NCBI GenBank assembly: GCA_900088475.1
Contig: FLMG01002209.1
Coordinates: 1 to 64,000, forward strand
Length of the DNA: 64,000 nt
DNA from: Hyphochytrium catenoides
Lineage: Eukaryota > Protista > Hyphochytriomycota
Direction of reading: 5' to 3'
The first letter of the stretch is position 1, and the number at the start of each line of letters is the position of its first letter. Positions 36,701 through 48,987 of the stretch are shown one piece after another. Under the pieces are notes generated by a model. The model was not told where the DNA came from, searched no databases, and worked only from the letters and a program-made list of their open reading frames with translations. A program made the position numbers and the translations under genes.

Positions 36701-39700
36701 CAACTAGCTTCAGTTCCTAGCCAGTCGTTTCCGTCTCCATCAAAAATGAAGAAAGCCTATCCGACCGCGGTCATCATGAAGCAGCTGCTCAAAGTGGTCA
36801 GAAGTATGAACCCACAGAAGAGAAAGGCGGAAAGTGCACCATCTGGTCAGGGGAAAGAAGGAGAGGAACCTGCTCTTAAGAAAAAGCTGAGCGAAAAAGA
36901 AAGCACGTCGTCTGCTTCCCTTCTTCCGACTGGACCTGCTCAAGAGGCTGGCCGTGGTAGCTCCATTGGCACTGCCACGGTCTCCTTGCCGGCTCTGTCC
37001 GCTCACAAAGAGATAGAGCCGAAGATGCTCAGCACTTTGCCAGTGCAGGTGCCTCCAAGGAGAGTGGGAGAGCTAGCGGAAACGGCGTTCCGATCTTGCG
37101 GCCTTGATGCTTCTATGGCTCCCAAACCCACCCAGTCTCTCCAATACCTCTTTCTAGCCTCCTCACTCTTTCATTTGGAAGCCGCGCTTCCTGCCGAAGC
37201 CTTTAAGGAAGGCAGATGGACGGACGGAGTGCGCATGGGTTGGACAGAAACAATTCTATCCTCCAACAGCAGCAGAATCCTCATGGAGGTAAGTCTGCGC
37301 ACAAAGGGACCACTAGGTCTCCTAGCTACGAATATGAGAATCAACAAACACGACACGACAGCAGGAAAACCCAGGGGAAGTTGAAGAGAGAGAGAGAGAG
37401 AGAGAGAGAGCAGAGACAATAAAGTTAGAGGCCCTCAGCTGCCATTAGAGAGGGAGAGAGATCTCGTCAACCTGTCCTTTCTTTATCTGGGGACAGATTC
37501 TGACTGTATTCCGCTGCCTCCGTCTCTTACCCACATCTCAGATGCTGCTGGTGCTGGAGTCGGTCGTATCACGGGATTACCTTGAGAACTGGTGGTTCCA
37601 CTCCTACACGTCTCCAACTTCCGCCCTCAGACAAACAACCTTTGCCTCGGTAGCTTTGCGGCTTCAGACCTTTGACCGCGCCCTCCAGTTCACTCGCGCG
37701 CCACCTAAGAAAAGATCTCTAGCCGCTCCGTCCTCTCTATCTATCACACCAGGACAAGCTGCAGAGCCAAAGGAAGAGAAGCGAGATGCAGGAGACTACT
37801 CGACCCTCCCTGCCGAGATCACACGAATCTTCGGGGAGTGGATGATGTCCGGTGACCACATAAAGCATCCTTTCCCCACTCAGCAGGTAAAATCGCATTA
37901 AATTATCGAATGGGAAACGAGTCGACAGTCAGAAGAGTGTAAGGGAAGGGGTAGCGAGAGACAGAGACGGCAAATAGAAAGGTAGAGAACAAGAGAGAGA
38001 AAGAAAGAAAGGGAGAGAGATAATTGTTGAGAGGAGGAGAGAGAGAGAAGAAGAAGAGACGGGCAGATAGAGGGAGAGAGAGAGCGGGGGAGAGAGACAG
38101 AAAGAGGGGTGCGTAACCAAGTTTAGTGGTGCAAAAGAATGTTTTCCTAGTCATCTCTGTGCATGCCACGAGGTAATCTTCTCTCACCCCCATCCCGTTC
38201 CCGCATGCTGAGGCTGGTAGAACATCTCCGTGCTAAAAGTTTTCTAATATTGCTTATATCCTTCCTCCTTCAAAATGTAGGAGCTGCAAGACCTTGCTCG
38301 CTCGACGGGAGCCACGGTGCTACAGATTGAACGCTGGTTCCAGGACCACCGAGACTCCGTCTGGCGCCCTTTCCTCATTTCTGTCGCTTCCGACCCCTCC
38401 CTGAGAACCAAGGCAGAACGAGGCGGACTGGTGTCTATGCTGCACGGCAAAGAGGGCAAAGGAAAGAAGGTAAAGAGCTGCTCTACCTGTCACTATTCGG
38501 ACGGGAGCCATTGTGTTGTCCAAGATCTAGTCAACGTCCTCATGCATCCGTCCTCCGTCATCCTTATACTGCCACTTTGTGCAGGATAAGAAGGCGCCTC
38601 CGCGACGACCTTCTTATCAGAAGCTTGTCACTTCCTACGTCCTCCCTGCGGCGTCCTCGGACGGCACCATTATGGATCGTCTGCTTTTTCTCCTTGAAAA
38701 GCTGATGAAAAATCCTTTGGCACCACCTTTCAACGAGCCAGTCGATCCAGAGTTAGTGCCGGGCTACCATCGCGTTATCAAAAGTCCTATGGACCTTGGG
38801 ACGATAAAGAACAAGCTAACGTCTAAGGAATATAAGACCTACATGGTGAGGCCCTTGTCAGCAACTGGTCTTTGGTACTCATATTGTATATATCTAACCT
38901 CGGAACTGCCCGCACTTGAGGGCCCCTATCGGCCACTTCCACTCCATTCGTCTGTCCGACCTTACTCATGGCTGCTTCCGTCTCTACTTTAGGATGTGGT
39001 GGAGGATGTAGAGCTTGTCTGGAAGAATTGCTTCAAGTTCAACAAGCTCGGTTCGCCCATATACTCTATGGCAGAAAAGCTATCCGGTGCGGAAGCCGCT
39101 GTACTTCAATCCTTTCCTACATATCGCGTTCTATCACTGTTGCATTTTTCTATTTACTCGAGAGAACGTAGCTCCATCCGCGCTTACCTCGTTCGTCATT
39201 TCAGCCTATCAGTCCTTCTTTCCGTCTCCACGTTGCGCTTACATCGTCCTAGAATCCCAATCTAACTGACTCTCGTTCGTGGCTCTCTCCCTCTGCAGCC
39301 ATTTTTGACCGTCTTTGGGTGATGTGGATCTCGAGTGTAGAGCCTGGTACTCCTACCTCCTCCTTAGTGGAGGACGACACCTGCGTCGTCTGCCGAAGCG
39401 CATCGGACACGCAAAATATTCTGCTCTGTGACCGCTGTGATGCGCACTATCACACATCCTGCCTTTCACCCCCACTTACAGCGGTTCCAGAAGGAGATTG
39501 GTACTGTCCAGACTGCACAAAGCTTAAAATTAATGATGGAGAGGAGGGAACCGCAGCGGCCGAGCCCTCTTCAGCCGCAGCATCCTCAAATTCTGCCGAA
39601 CCAGGTGTTGGAGAAGTGAAGGCAGAGAAGAAAGAGGGTGACACTGCTGAGGACAGTGTGACGATTGATGGAAACATTGTCTTACCTCTGGCGGTGCTTG

Positions 39701-39837
39701 AGAGTCTTCTCTCCATGAGACCGTCACGACTATGGGCTCGAGCGCGCTCTCTTGTTAAGCCTGCCGCCACGCCAAAGAAGGGCAGCGGCAGAAGAGAGAA
39801 GAGCGCTGGAGGCAAGGTAAAGCTGGATCAGCATTAG
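24715..39837 (+). CDS. Large multi-exon MBD9/BAZ-like chromatin reader: MBD-like, FYRN, FYRC, DDT, bromo, PHD, WHIM, PDZ x2, TALE-like homeodomain, bromo, PHD
   Basis: GWK...YYLSPDKQRFTSSIEVLSYL (MBD-like); LGYIVPLPNFHTEKNLFP (FYRN); FGFSIPYVNSLLEGLPGA (FYRC); GELLSVLDFSHAF...SWPELAR (DDT); PFREPVD...PMDL...WKNCRIYN and PFNEPVD...PMDL...WKNCFKFN (bromodomains); two C4HC3 PHD fingers (~30040-30175, ~39380-39520); PLGTDRKGSQYF (WHIM2). 3' end uncertain because of a possible donor at ~39816. Confidence 0.85.
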
Positions 39838-40305
39838 CGCTGCTGCCCCTCTGTTAGGCTTTAGGTTTATTTATTTTATCTTTCTCATTAGCTAAGAAGT
39901 GTACTTTAATGGACAATAACGTACTTTTACATTGCTCTTTACACGGAACGTCCTTCCTTTGTTTAACATCCTCATTTTGTGTGAGAACTTGGTGTCCTAA
40001 TGTCGCACGAGGGCGGGCTATGCGCTGATGGCACCCAGTCTCATCGTTTGTCCGTCTTCATATGTATCTCGGTACTTTCCGGTTCCATGATATGGAGTTC
40101 GAGGAAAGGGCGGAGAGAGTCCATTCAATCGTCGGTATCCCAGAGAAGCCAAAGTTATGGGATTACTTCTGAGGACATGGGTCGTTGAAGAGGAAAGGTG
40201 CAAGCATCGTCATATAGAACTTAGAGCAAGGGTTTTCGGTACTTTCTGTTGCCTTCTGTACGAAAGCATCCTCCTTGTGATCGTTCCGTACATATACTTT
40301 GCGTC

Positions 40306-43300
40306 TTAGTAGCGCCCGCTCGTCCGCTTCAACCTTTCCAGAGCTGCCAAAAAATGCCGACGAAGGACCTCCTTTGCACGAATGTCCTCCCTCAGAGCAA
40401 CGAGAACCGATTCCCGAACCAGATTATCCAAGTCAGAACCAGAAAAGCCTAGAAAGCGGCAAGAGCACGGTACGAGACAGCGTCAGAACACGAGTGATAA
40501 AGAGCCTTTATGTCTTAGCCAAGAGACGAAGAGACGAGAACATGCAACGATGTCGACAGCAACAAACAAGGACCGTTTAACTGAATGCATTGGAGCGGCT
40601 CCCCTGACTTCCATTATCTTTTCCTTAGGCTTCAATACAATTTTGCTTACCGTTGGTCGCAGCAGCTAGTTCGGCCCCCAAATCTTCTCCAGCTGTTGAG
40701 CGGAGAGGTACCTTCTGAAGTTGCTTCCGCAGCAGAGCGGTGCGGGAGGACTCGGACGGGAGTGGAAGGAATAGGTGCTTCTCCAATCGCCTATGTGGCC
40801 AATATAAACGGACGGAATCAAAAGTCAACAACGATCGGGAATGGAACGAGACGACAGACGGTACTGGGGGATATTTTGCAGAAGCACAGCAATATATAAA
40901 GAGTGACGCTGGAGAGATAGTAGATAACATGGAGGACGCATGAAAGGTAAGACCATAAGAGGAGGAGGCACCACAAGAGACAAGGATCAAGGGCTACTCG
41001 TTACTCCGTACCCGGGCCTCAAGATGGCGGAGTCAAGAAGAGAAATATGGGTTGTGGCTGCGATAATTATAACTGGCTTTTTATCTTCCCCTGCTCTGTC
41101 TCTCCCTATGCCATCCATCTCTGTCAGCAGAGTGCTCAAAAGACGTTCAACGCTTCGTTCAGTAGAGCTGTCGCTGCCTCGACGAGCAGCCAGCGATTCG
41201 ACCTGACAGAGCAGGGATAGGATTAAGGTGGACCACAAAGTGCAGAAGGCAGGGTACAGAGAGAAAAAGCATACGTTAAGTGAGCGCAAATGACTGAGAG
41301 AGAAAAAATTAGCCACAAAAGAAGTGAAGACGACCGGGATATTGTCTAGTACGTGACTGTTATGTGATGGCTGCCTATAGAGAGGTGGAGACGGTAGAAC
41401 CAAGAGGAGAACAGTCTACATAGAATAAGGGCAGAGACAAAAGGAAGGGCAGATATCTCCTGGGCCTTACCTGGTCGAGGAAGAGAATGCAAGGCGCCGA
41501 CTCTCTGGCTGCTCTGAAGACTCTTCGAAGCCTCTCTTCCGCCTCTCCCAGCACCTTAGAGAGCACCTGGGCGCAAGGTAGAGAGAGAAGGGTGGCGAAG
41601 CCTCTGAGCTCTTGCCCCAAAGCTCGGAGGAGGAATGACTTGCCACAGCCTGAGGGCCCGTGGAGCAAGATACCACGGGGCGGACGGATCCCTAGGCGTT
41701 TATAGGCACTGCATAAGGAGGAAACAAGAGAGAGACAATAGCGATGAAGGGAAAGGAGCCATTAGAGGAAGAGTACCAAGAGTAGATCCGTAGTACTGGG
41801 GATTCGTCAAGCCTGAAGATGCTTTTCCACTTGAAGAAGACGACTAAGTAGCAGGGGCATTGAGTCAACAGGAAAGTATCCAAAGCCTTAGCGAGGTGCC
41901 GAAGATAGGTTGAGGACCTCTGATGGCCTGGCCTTTTGCCCTCTGGGTTCATCCCTTTTTAGCTATCTTTCTCTCTCAATCTCTCCCATTTATCGGTAAG
42001 AGGTGTGTCTCTCTTCCCATCCTCTTGACACATTATTTCACTCACCTGGGCTGCTTAAGTGGAAGGAGAAGAGAGAAGGAAAGCTCCTCAATGACCTTAT
42101 CTAATCCCACCACATCCGAGAGGACAGGGCCGTCCCGTTCCTTTTGCACCAAGTCTCCAACGTCACTCAGGGTACTGGGGCGCTCTAAACCTGATAACGC
42201 TTCCACAATTACTCCTGCAGACATGCGGAGACTCTCGTTGTCCTCTCCCATCTTTTCCCCTTGAGAGAGAGAAGCAGAAAGAGTCTTCATGCAGATAATA
42301 CGACAAAGATTTTCCAGGTCAGCGGGAACACAGCCCGTGGTTCTATCCGCGAGCCAACTAGCCACGGTCTCTTCGTCTTTGCCATCCTCGTTGCCACCCA
42401 TTTTGTCTGTCTTCAATTGAAGCGGAAGAACGAGACTCTTGTCGTCAAGTTTAAGATCCGATACTGACGGCAAAGGAGAAGCAAATGAGAGGGAAAGTAG
42501 ATGCTGGAAGATATCTCTTCTTCCTTCTCGATCGGGTGCTTGCAATTCCAGATGGCAGTCCAAACGGCCTGGGCGAAGGAGAGCACTATCCACATTCTCT
42601 AGTCGGGCAGTCGTCGCTGGCCCAGAGAAGCAGAGGATAGATTAGAGGTACCAGGTCAAGGTGACGGGCAGAGAGTGAAACGATGTGAGTCCGTCTCTTC
42701 CAGGCAAGCCACCTAATTGAAGCACCAGAAAGCGGTCGAAGTGGCAGACAGAGAAATGATAGGAATACGCCTTGAAAAGCAGCAAATCACCAGAGACGAG
42801 GCTTGCGGACCAATTATACTTTGAGGGGAACAGAGCGTTAAAGGGCGAGAGAGAAGCTTCCTGCACTTACCAATAACAAATAACCGGGGGTTAGCCCGGT
42901 ATGCCGCGTCGATAAACTCGGCGACGCTCACAGAAAGGCGAGCCAGCCAAGGAGACTTGCGCGTTACAGTCTCACCTGGTGCTGCAATAATGACACCAAT
43001 TAGCTCGAATAACTGAATGGTGATGACGACGAAAGCACGTAGGTTGAGAGATATGAGAACTGCCAGATGGTGACTTCCTCCTCTTCGAGTTAGAATATGC
43101 AAGGCCGCCACACCTCAGACAAGTGCGAAGGCAAAAGGAATGGGAGAGCTGAGGGAAATGAGCATTACAAGTGCATCCGAAGCATAACGATAAGAGCGCA
43201 AGGTAAGTGCATTCCTAGGAATGACCCAATTCTGTGTCCGCACCAAGTGCCTCAAGGTCGTCTACTAATAACAGACACGGTCCCTCACAAGCCCTGATAA

Positions 43301-44205
43301 ATATTCTATGAAGCTCAGCTTCTGTCTGGCCCTGCACATAGGCCATGGTCAGCATTAACAGAAAAAAAGCGTGGCCCGCAAAGAAGTGGCAATGGAAAGA
43401 AAGGCTTGCTTTAAGGAAGTCGCAAGTCGTAAGAAGCAAGAAACAAGGAGCTACATAACCGGAAAAAGAGAGTTCAAGGTACGGGAGGTGGCGTCTGGTT
43501 AAGAGAAAGGAAGAGAGAGCTGGGTCATGAGGACAAAGGAGAGGTGTCAGCTTGTCCAAGCGCATCGACGAGCCTACCAAGTTAACTCGGAAAAGCGCCG
43601 GTGAGTCAATGAGGTGACAGGGAAGACCGCACAGGTCTCGCAGTGTCTTAACAATGAAAGTCTTTCCTGTCCCGTGGCCGCCGTAAAGCACCACTCCTAG
43701 AATGAACGTGAGGCAACATATCAGAGACGAATGAATGAGACGAGGAGACAGACCACCAGAGAGAGGGACCTACAGAGAGAGAGAGAGACCTAGTGAGTGA
43801 AAGAGGCACCATAATTATGTATTGAAAGAGCATCCATGTGTAGAGGTTTCACGGATATTACGCTGTTGGACTACCCCCAAATGTGGTGCACTAGGAAAGT
43901 CCTCACAGGCACACAGCTAGGTTCAAATAGGCGAAAGAGACAGAGGAAGGAAAGAAACAGAGAGCGAGACAGAAAAGAGGAGGACATGATAGCACAGTTG
44001 CAGAAACAAACAAAATGACGCAGCAGCAACCTTTTTTTTCTGGAAAGAGAGAGCCTCTCTCGTCGTCATCGCCTGCCTCCCAACATCTTGCCAGCAACCC
44101 CACCAATCGTCGCAAGAGCTCATCTGCCCCGATAACCCTTTTGAGAAGAGCAGCTAGTAGATCGTCTCTTCCCCTCCATAGAGACGCTGCCTGACGCTCT
44201 TCCAT
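40306..44205 (-). CDS. Type II (two-domain) AAA+ ATPase of the CDC48/AFG2-like family with divergent Walker B motifs
   Basis: Exons join in frame. D1: GVVLYGGHGTGKT, LLLVDDLE, ALLRPGRLD. D2: PRGILLHGPSGCGKS, ILFLDQVE, LLTEMDG, AILRPGRLE, GFSGSDL. Stop TAA at 40308-40306. First plausible ATG at 44205. Confidence 0.85.
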
Positions 44206-44518
44206 TATCTCAACACATCCACTAGGAGCAAGAGTAAAGAAAAACTGTTTCAACTCTTCTAAGGAAGAACCTGGACTTTGCCTCTCGTCTTCTGGAAGAG
44301 AAACAGAGAGAAGATGCGGGCTGTTGAACCAATAAACGACAAGGAAGCAGCCATCCCAAAGCTGCCGGCCTGCAAGCAGCTGCAGAGGGCAATAAACTTA
44401 AACGTCTACAGAGGACAAACTTGACAGAGTCAAAGCAACAGATATCCTCGAAGAAGAAATATGAAGGGAAGTCCGTGGGTTCGCTCACAATAGGAGATAA
44501 AGAACAGTGAAGAGGTGT

Positions 44519-45214
44519 TCAGAAGCGCTTCGAAATCTTAGGTGAGCCAGACATAAGCGCCGCATGGGGGAGCAAGGTATCGGCGAGAGGATGGGAACAG
44601 GAAAACCAGAGGTCAAGGGTAACGTCACGTCAGTAGGGCCGCGTTACCTTCGGAATCAGCTTTGCAATCGCCTGATAGCTAGCCTTGACCTGATCTCTGC
44701 TCTCTTCATCCGCAGTTCCGTCTAGCTCCTTGAGCAGCTTGATGCTAAGACGGTCAACCACTCGAAGTGGCGCCTGTTCAGCTGGCAGGTGAACAACCTC
44801 AAGCTCGACGGTTTGTTCCGCGTTGATTAGTTTCTCCATTACGTCTTTGCTCTCCTTCGGAAAGTTGGCGTTTAGAATGTACTCTAACACCTGCAGGAAG
44901 GTAGGCGAGGCTAGCACTGATGCTGGCCGTTCGCTCACCGCCGGTGGAGGTCGATAGTATCGCATAGAGAAGATGCAAGTCATCTTATCAAGGGGAAGAC
45001 GGAGAAAGGGGTCGGCAGTGGGGGAAGACGCCATCAACCGGATCCCTCTGATGCGGCAATATTCCATTCCCAATGGTCTCGGATGACAGTCCACCGCCGA
45101 GATAACGGGGAGGGAGAGAAAAGGCGACACGACGATGGTATCGTCGTCTGGGCTCCATGAAGGCCCCTTTCCAGGCGGAGATACGAGAAGTTTAGCCACC
45201 AAAATGTCATCCAT
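44519..45214 (-). CDS. Hypothetical protein, 2-3 exons
   Basis: 194-aa protein-like ORF from ATG. Donor gtaacg near 44647 splices to ISKRF-stop (TGA 44521-44519). Possible in-frame 48-nt intron at ~44891-44938. Confidence 0.5.
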
Positions 45215-45348
45215 GTCTGCGATTTATATCGCCTGTCACCACTATTTGTTGGTCCTCGACCACCGCGTTCCTGGCGAACGGTGCACCGCATAGACGAAGA
45301 GCATGCCTTGAGAGAATAGTGCCTTATCTAAGCCGTAAGGATTCAAAC

Positions 45349-45579
45349 CTACGCCAGAGGCTCTCTGCGAGCTACGTCTCCCCGAGGTGGCAGCGCTGAG
45401 CTGGAGGTTCTTGAGCTGGCCTTGAGCTCCGGCTTGGAGGCTGACGAGGACGAACTCTCAGGCCTCTTCTCTTTGCTCTTTATCTCTATCGGCAAGGGCT
45501 TCTGATTGATACTGGTAGCTGAGCGTTTCAATGTATTTATAGTAGCGGCTAACGCCTCCTGTGTACTTTCCAAGGGAAC
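45349..45579 (-). CDS. Probable terminal exon of an unresolved small gene
   Basis: Polypyrimidine tract and AG acceptor, then open frame ESTQEALAATINTLKRS... to a stop. Upstream exons not resolved. Confidence 0.3.
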   Translation of the reverse strand, partial: VPLESTQEALAATINTLKRSATSINQKPLPIEIKSKEKRPESSSSSASKPELKASSRTSSSALPPRGDVARREPLA

Positions 45580-45791
45580 TAAAGACGAGAAAGAAGGCAG
45601 CCACAGCCAGCCTCAGCAGCACCACTGCACAGTCCTTTGCCCTTGAATGATAATAATGGTTCAAAAATATGACTAAAGGACCGTGAAGTGAGCAAGAATA
45701 AAAGACAGAGGAGGCGAAAGAAAGAGGAGAGGGATTTACACTTCTTGCCGGAAAGAGACAAGCGAAGGTGCTTACGGAGTTCCGTTCAAGA

Positions 45792-45873
45792 AGAGTCACA
45801 TTGCTGCTATCGGAAGCGGTTTTCGCTATCCTTATTCGGACGCCGACCAGAGTCACATTGCTGCTATCGGAAG
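45792..45873. repeat. Exact 25-bp direct repeat, 57-bp period
   Basis: agagtcacattgctgctatcggaag at 45792-45816 and 45849-45873. Confidence 0.95.
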
Positions 45874-48669
45874 GAACGAGTCTGACGCTCTGGCAGGGAC
45901 GAAGTCTACCTTTCCGATCTGTCCGACCGATTTGGTGGGGTCTCTTCAGGTACGTCTGATAATGGCGGGACCTCACGACCTCTGGAGCTAGCGAGGTAAA
46001 GGAGCTGCTTTACAAGTTGTCATATATGGTTTCATTCGCAGAACGTCCTCTCAAACGTACTTCTTACGACTGCAGGTGCGTCCAGTCCAGTGGCAGGTGA
46101 TCAGACAACGTTGGGGAATGACGAGGGGCCGGATGACAGTGCCGCTGAGAGTCCCCCAGTGGAAATTGAGTCGTGGGCCACCTTGGCATCTTTCTGTCGT
46201 GCTACCTCGTTCCGCGCGTGGCTCTTGTTGTCTGCCGTGTCATCAGATCACCCACTCCCTTCATCCTACGTACTTTATCGTCTTTTCTTGACCAGTCTCC
46301 TTTCTGTGTGTCTGCCTGGCCCTACCCCTCCTTGCCTTTCACAAGCTAGCTTTGCATCCAACTTATACCTCTTAGCCCGCGCTCTTTATCGACTCACATC
46401 CGCCCCGTGCATACTTGATCATTGATTCTTGCCTTCTTCCCGCTGTTTAGACGTTCGTACAAGTGGTGAGACCATACCATTGGCTGCGTGGCAGCTCTGT
46501 CCTTGACTCGCCTGTCATCCTTCTGCATATCTTTTATATATAGTAGAGTTCTCTCCTTCTCGTCGAACAACTGAAATACTCATGGTGACAGTAGTAGTAC
46601 ACAGCCCTTGGGGACAGTTCTAACTGAGTAGCTGTGGATTTCTTTCTATCTTGTCTAGTAGTAGATGTTGTTCCTAGCTCTCCGAAGGCCACATCCAGGT
46701 CCTAACTGTCCAGACTCGATCAAAGCTAGAAAGGAAGGGAAAAAACTACTACCATGGAGAAATTCTATACTTTTAGCATTTGTCCTCATTCGTTAACAGG
46801 CATCACATCTGTTTGTCATCATCATGAAGAGGGAGCAGCTCATTATCACGCTCTGGGTCCTCATTTTGGCTATTGGTGGAGTAAAAAGAACTGCGATGGA
46901 ACATCTTGCTTCCTTGCCATTTTGCAAACCTAGAAAAACCACTTTTTTACATTCTTCCCTCTGATGATGAGATGATGATGAGCTCCAAGGCAGACGCCTG
47001 TAGATGGGTGACGAGTAGGCAGTCACCATCGACCGGACGGAACCTCTCCACATCGCGTCAAATCTGCATCGGGACCGCCATTTTCCAACGGTGCCGGGTG
47101 GCTTATCCATGCTGGCCTTATTGCCAGGTGTTGCCGAGACACCAGGGTCAGTCTCGTCCGTTTTTCGCTCTGCCGAGTAGTGTACTCTTCATGCTCGTGT
47201 ATTGGCTTCTTCCATCGATAAGGGGTTACATTAGTAACGGATAAAATCTGTCTTGAGACTTGAAGCCCACAGCTTGAAAGGATAATGAGACTGTCAAACA
47301 TAAACCCACGAAAAAAACTGGTCAAACCCAGGAGTGAATAAAAGAAAAAAGCAGAAGAAGTTAGAGGTTTGGTTTTCAAGAGTAGAGATTAGGTTTTATA
47401 GAGGCAACCAAGGAGGGGATTTTGAGAAAAAGAAATGAGGTAAAATGCAGCTTTGGACTAGGCCTTAAATTTTATTGTGTCTCTCTTTTTCATGCAGCTT
47501 TGTGAATGGAAGACTTTTAGGCTGTCCACATAAAAGCGAGCTCATTTCTTCATAAAAAATTACGGTCTACCTGGAGTAATAATACAGGGCAATGCCTTCC
47601 GAAGCTTTTGCCAAATCCCCGAGTCTAGTTCCTATCTCTTCCTCTCAGTGGTCCCCTCTATACAACAGAGAGGAAAGTGAAGGAAGAACTTTGGAGTCCA
47701 AAGGCTTCTGCCTTTGTTTGGTACAGACTTTGGCTCTCTTTTATAGAATACGCTCCGGCTTGGTCTTGAAGTTCTATGGCTCGTGTGAGATGACTCCTCA
47801 ACGTCTGTTGTGGATAGAGGCAAGGCCAAGACCAAACCGTGCTACGTCCACTGTCTCTGTGTGACCATACTTGATGATGATGATGATGCGCTCCTGTCAA
47901 GGCTGCTCTCTCTGCCGCTAATGACTTGGTATCTCCACCACTGGGTATCTCTACGAGTTCCTACCTGTCTCGGCTATCTCTGTCTCTATCTTTTTTCCTC
48001 CTCTCTGTCTTCCTTCAAACCGAGGTGGATGACCAACAACCTTTCCCTCACCTACGCTGCGGCGTGATCATACCTTTTGATGGTGCTTCCGGTTCATCCT
48101 TTTGTCCATGTACATCAATATATAGTCCCTTCAAAATGTGTGTCGAGGAAGTGACATGCAGGAGGCTATGATTCGTGCCTCTCATGGCCCTAGGAGTGTG
48201 GGGAAGTATCTGGATGAGCAAAGCTTTGCCAAAGGCCGTTAGTTTTATTAGCAGAAAGGGAGAACGATGTGCTTTCTCCCTGGTGCTGAGTGGAACCCAC
48301 CCATCGAAACCTTACCTTTCTGCCCTCTTTCGTTCCGCTTGCAGTGGTTCCAACCCGATCCACATCTTCCTGGGCTCGTGGCTTCCTTTTTTTTGTCTAT
48401 TCTTTTCCTCCTCGACCCTCACCTCTGTATCTTCTTAACTCTGGTGTTTGGGTCCAGTAGGCACTCTGTCTTCCCTTCACTTGTCTCTCCTCGTTTTATG
48501 ATGGCGGGCCTAGCTGTAATAGTACGCTACACAGTTGTAGTTTCTCAGGCTTTGCAGCACTGGCTGTAGGAGTAGTAATACCAGGCGGGATGACACGCGG
48601 CCCTGATTCCAACCACAAGAGGGGCCGTTGAAACCACAGACGCCCGTTTCTCTCTCTCTCTCTCTCACA

Positions 48670-48706
<37 letters not shown>

Positions 48707-48987
48707 TCTCTCTCTCTCTCTCTTGCTCACTTCCTTTCCCTCTCTCTCTTCTGTTCTGTTGTTTCTCTTCCTCTCCCTATTGTCCCTGTCCGCTCTTTGT
48801 CAGCAAAGAGGGGAGAAAAGTGCTCACTGTCAACGGCATCGTTCAGCGTCTCTCCCACTTGCTTGTCTCTTGCGCTTTCTCTCTTCATGCTCGAGCTCAA
48901 TCAAAGGCAGACAGCCTCATCATTTTCCATCATCGTTGTCAGCAGCAAGCCACTATTTTTGAGCTTAGACGGAGACNNNNNNNNNNN

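Noticed and set aside
45792-45873. 25-bp repeat with a 32-bp spacer resembling a mini-CRISPR
   Set aside because: Only two copies, eukaryotic context, no cas genes
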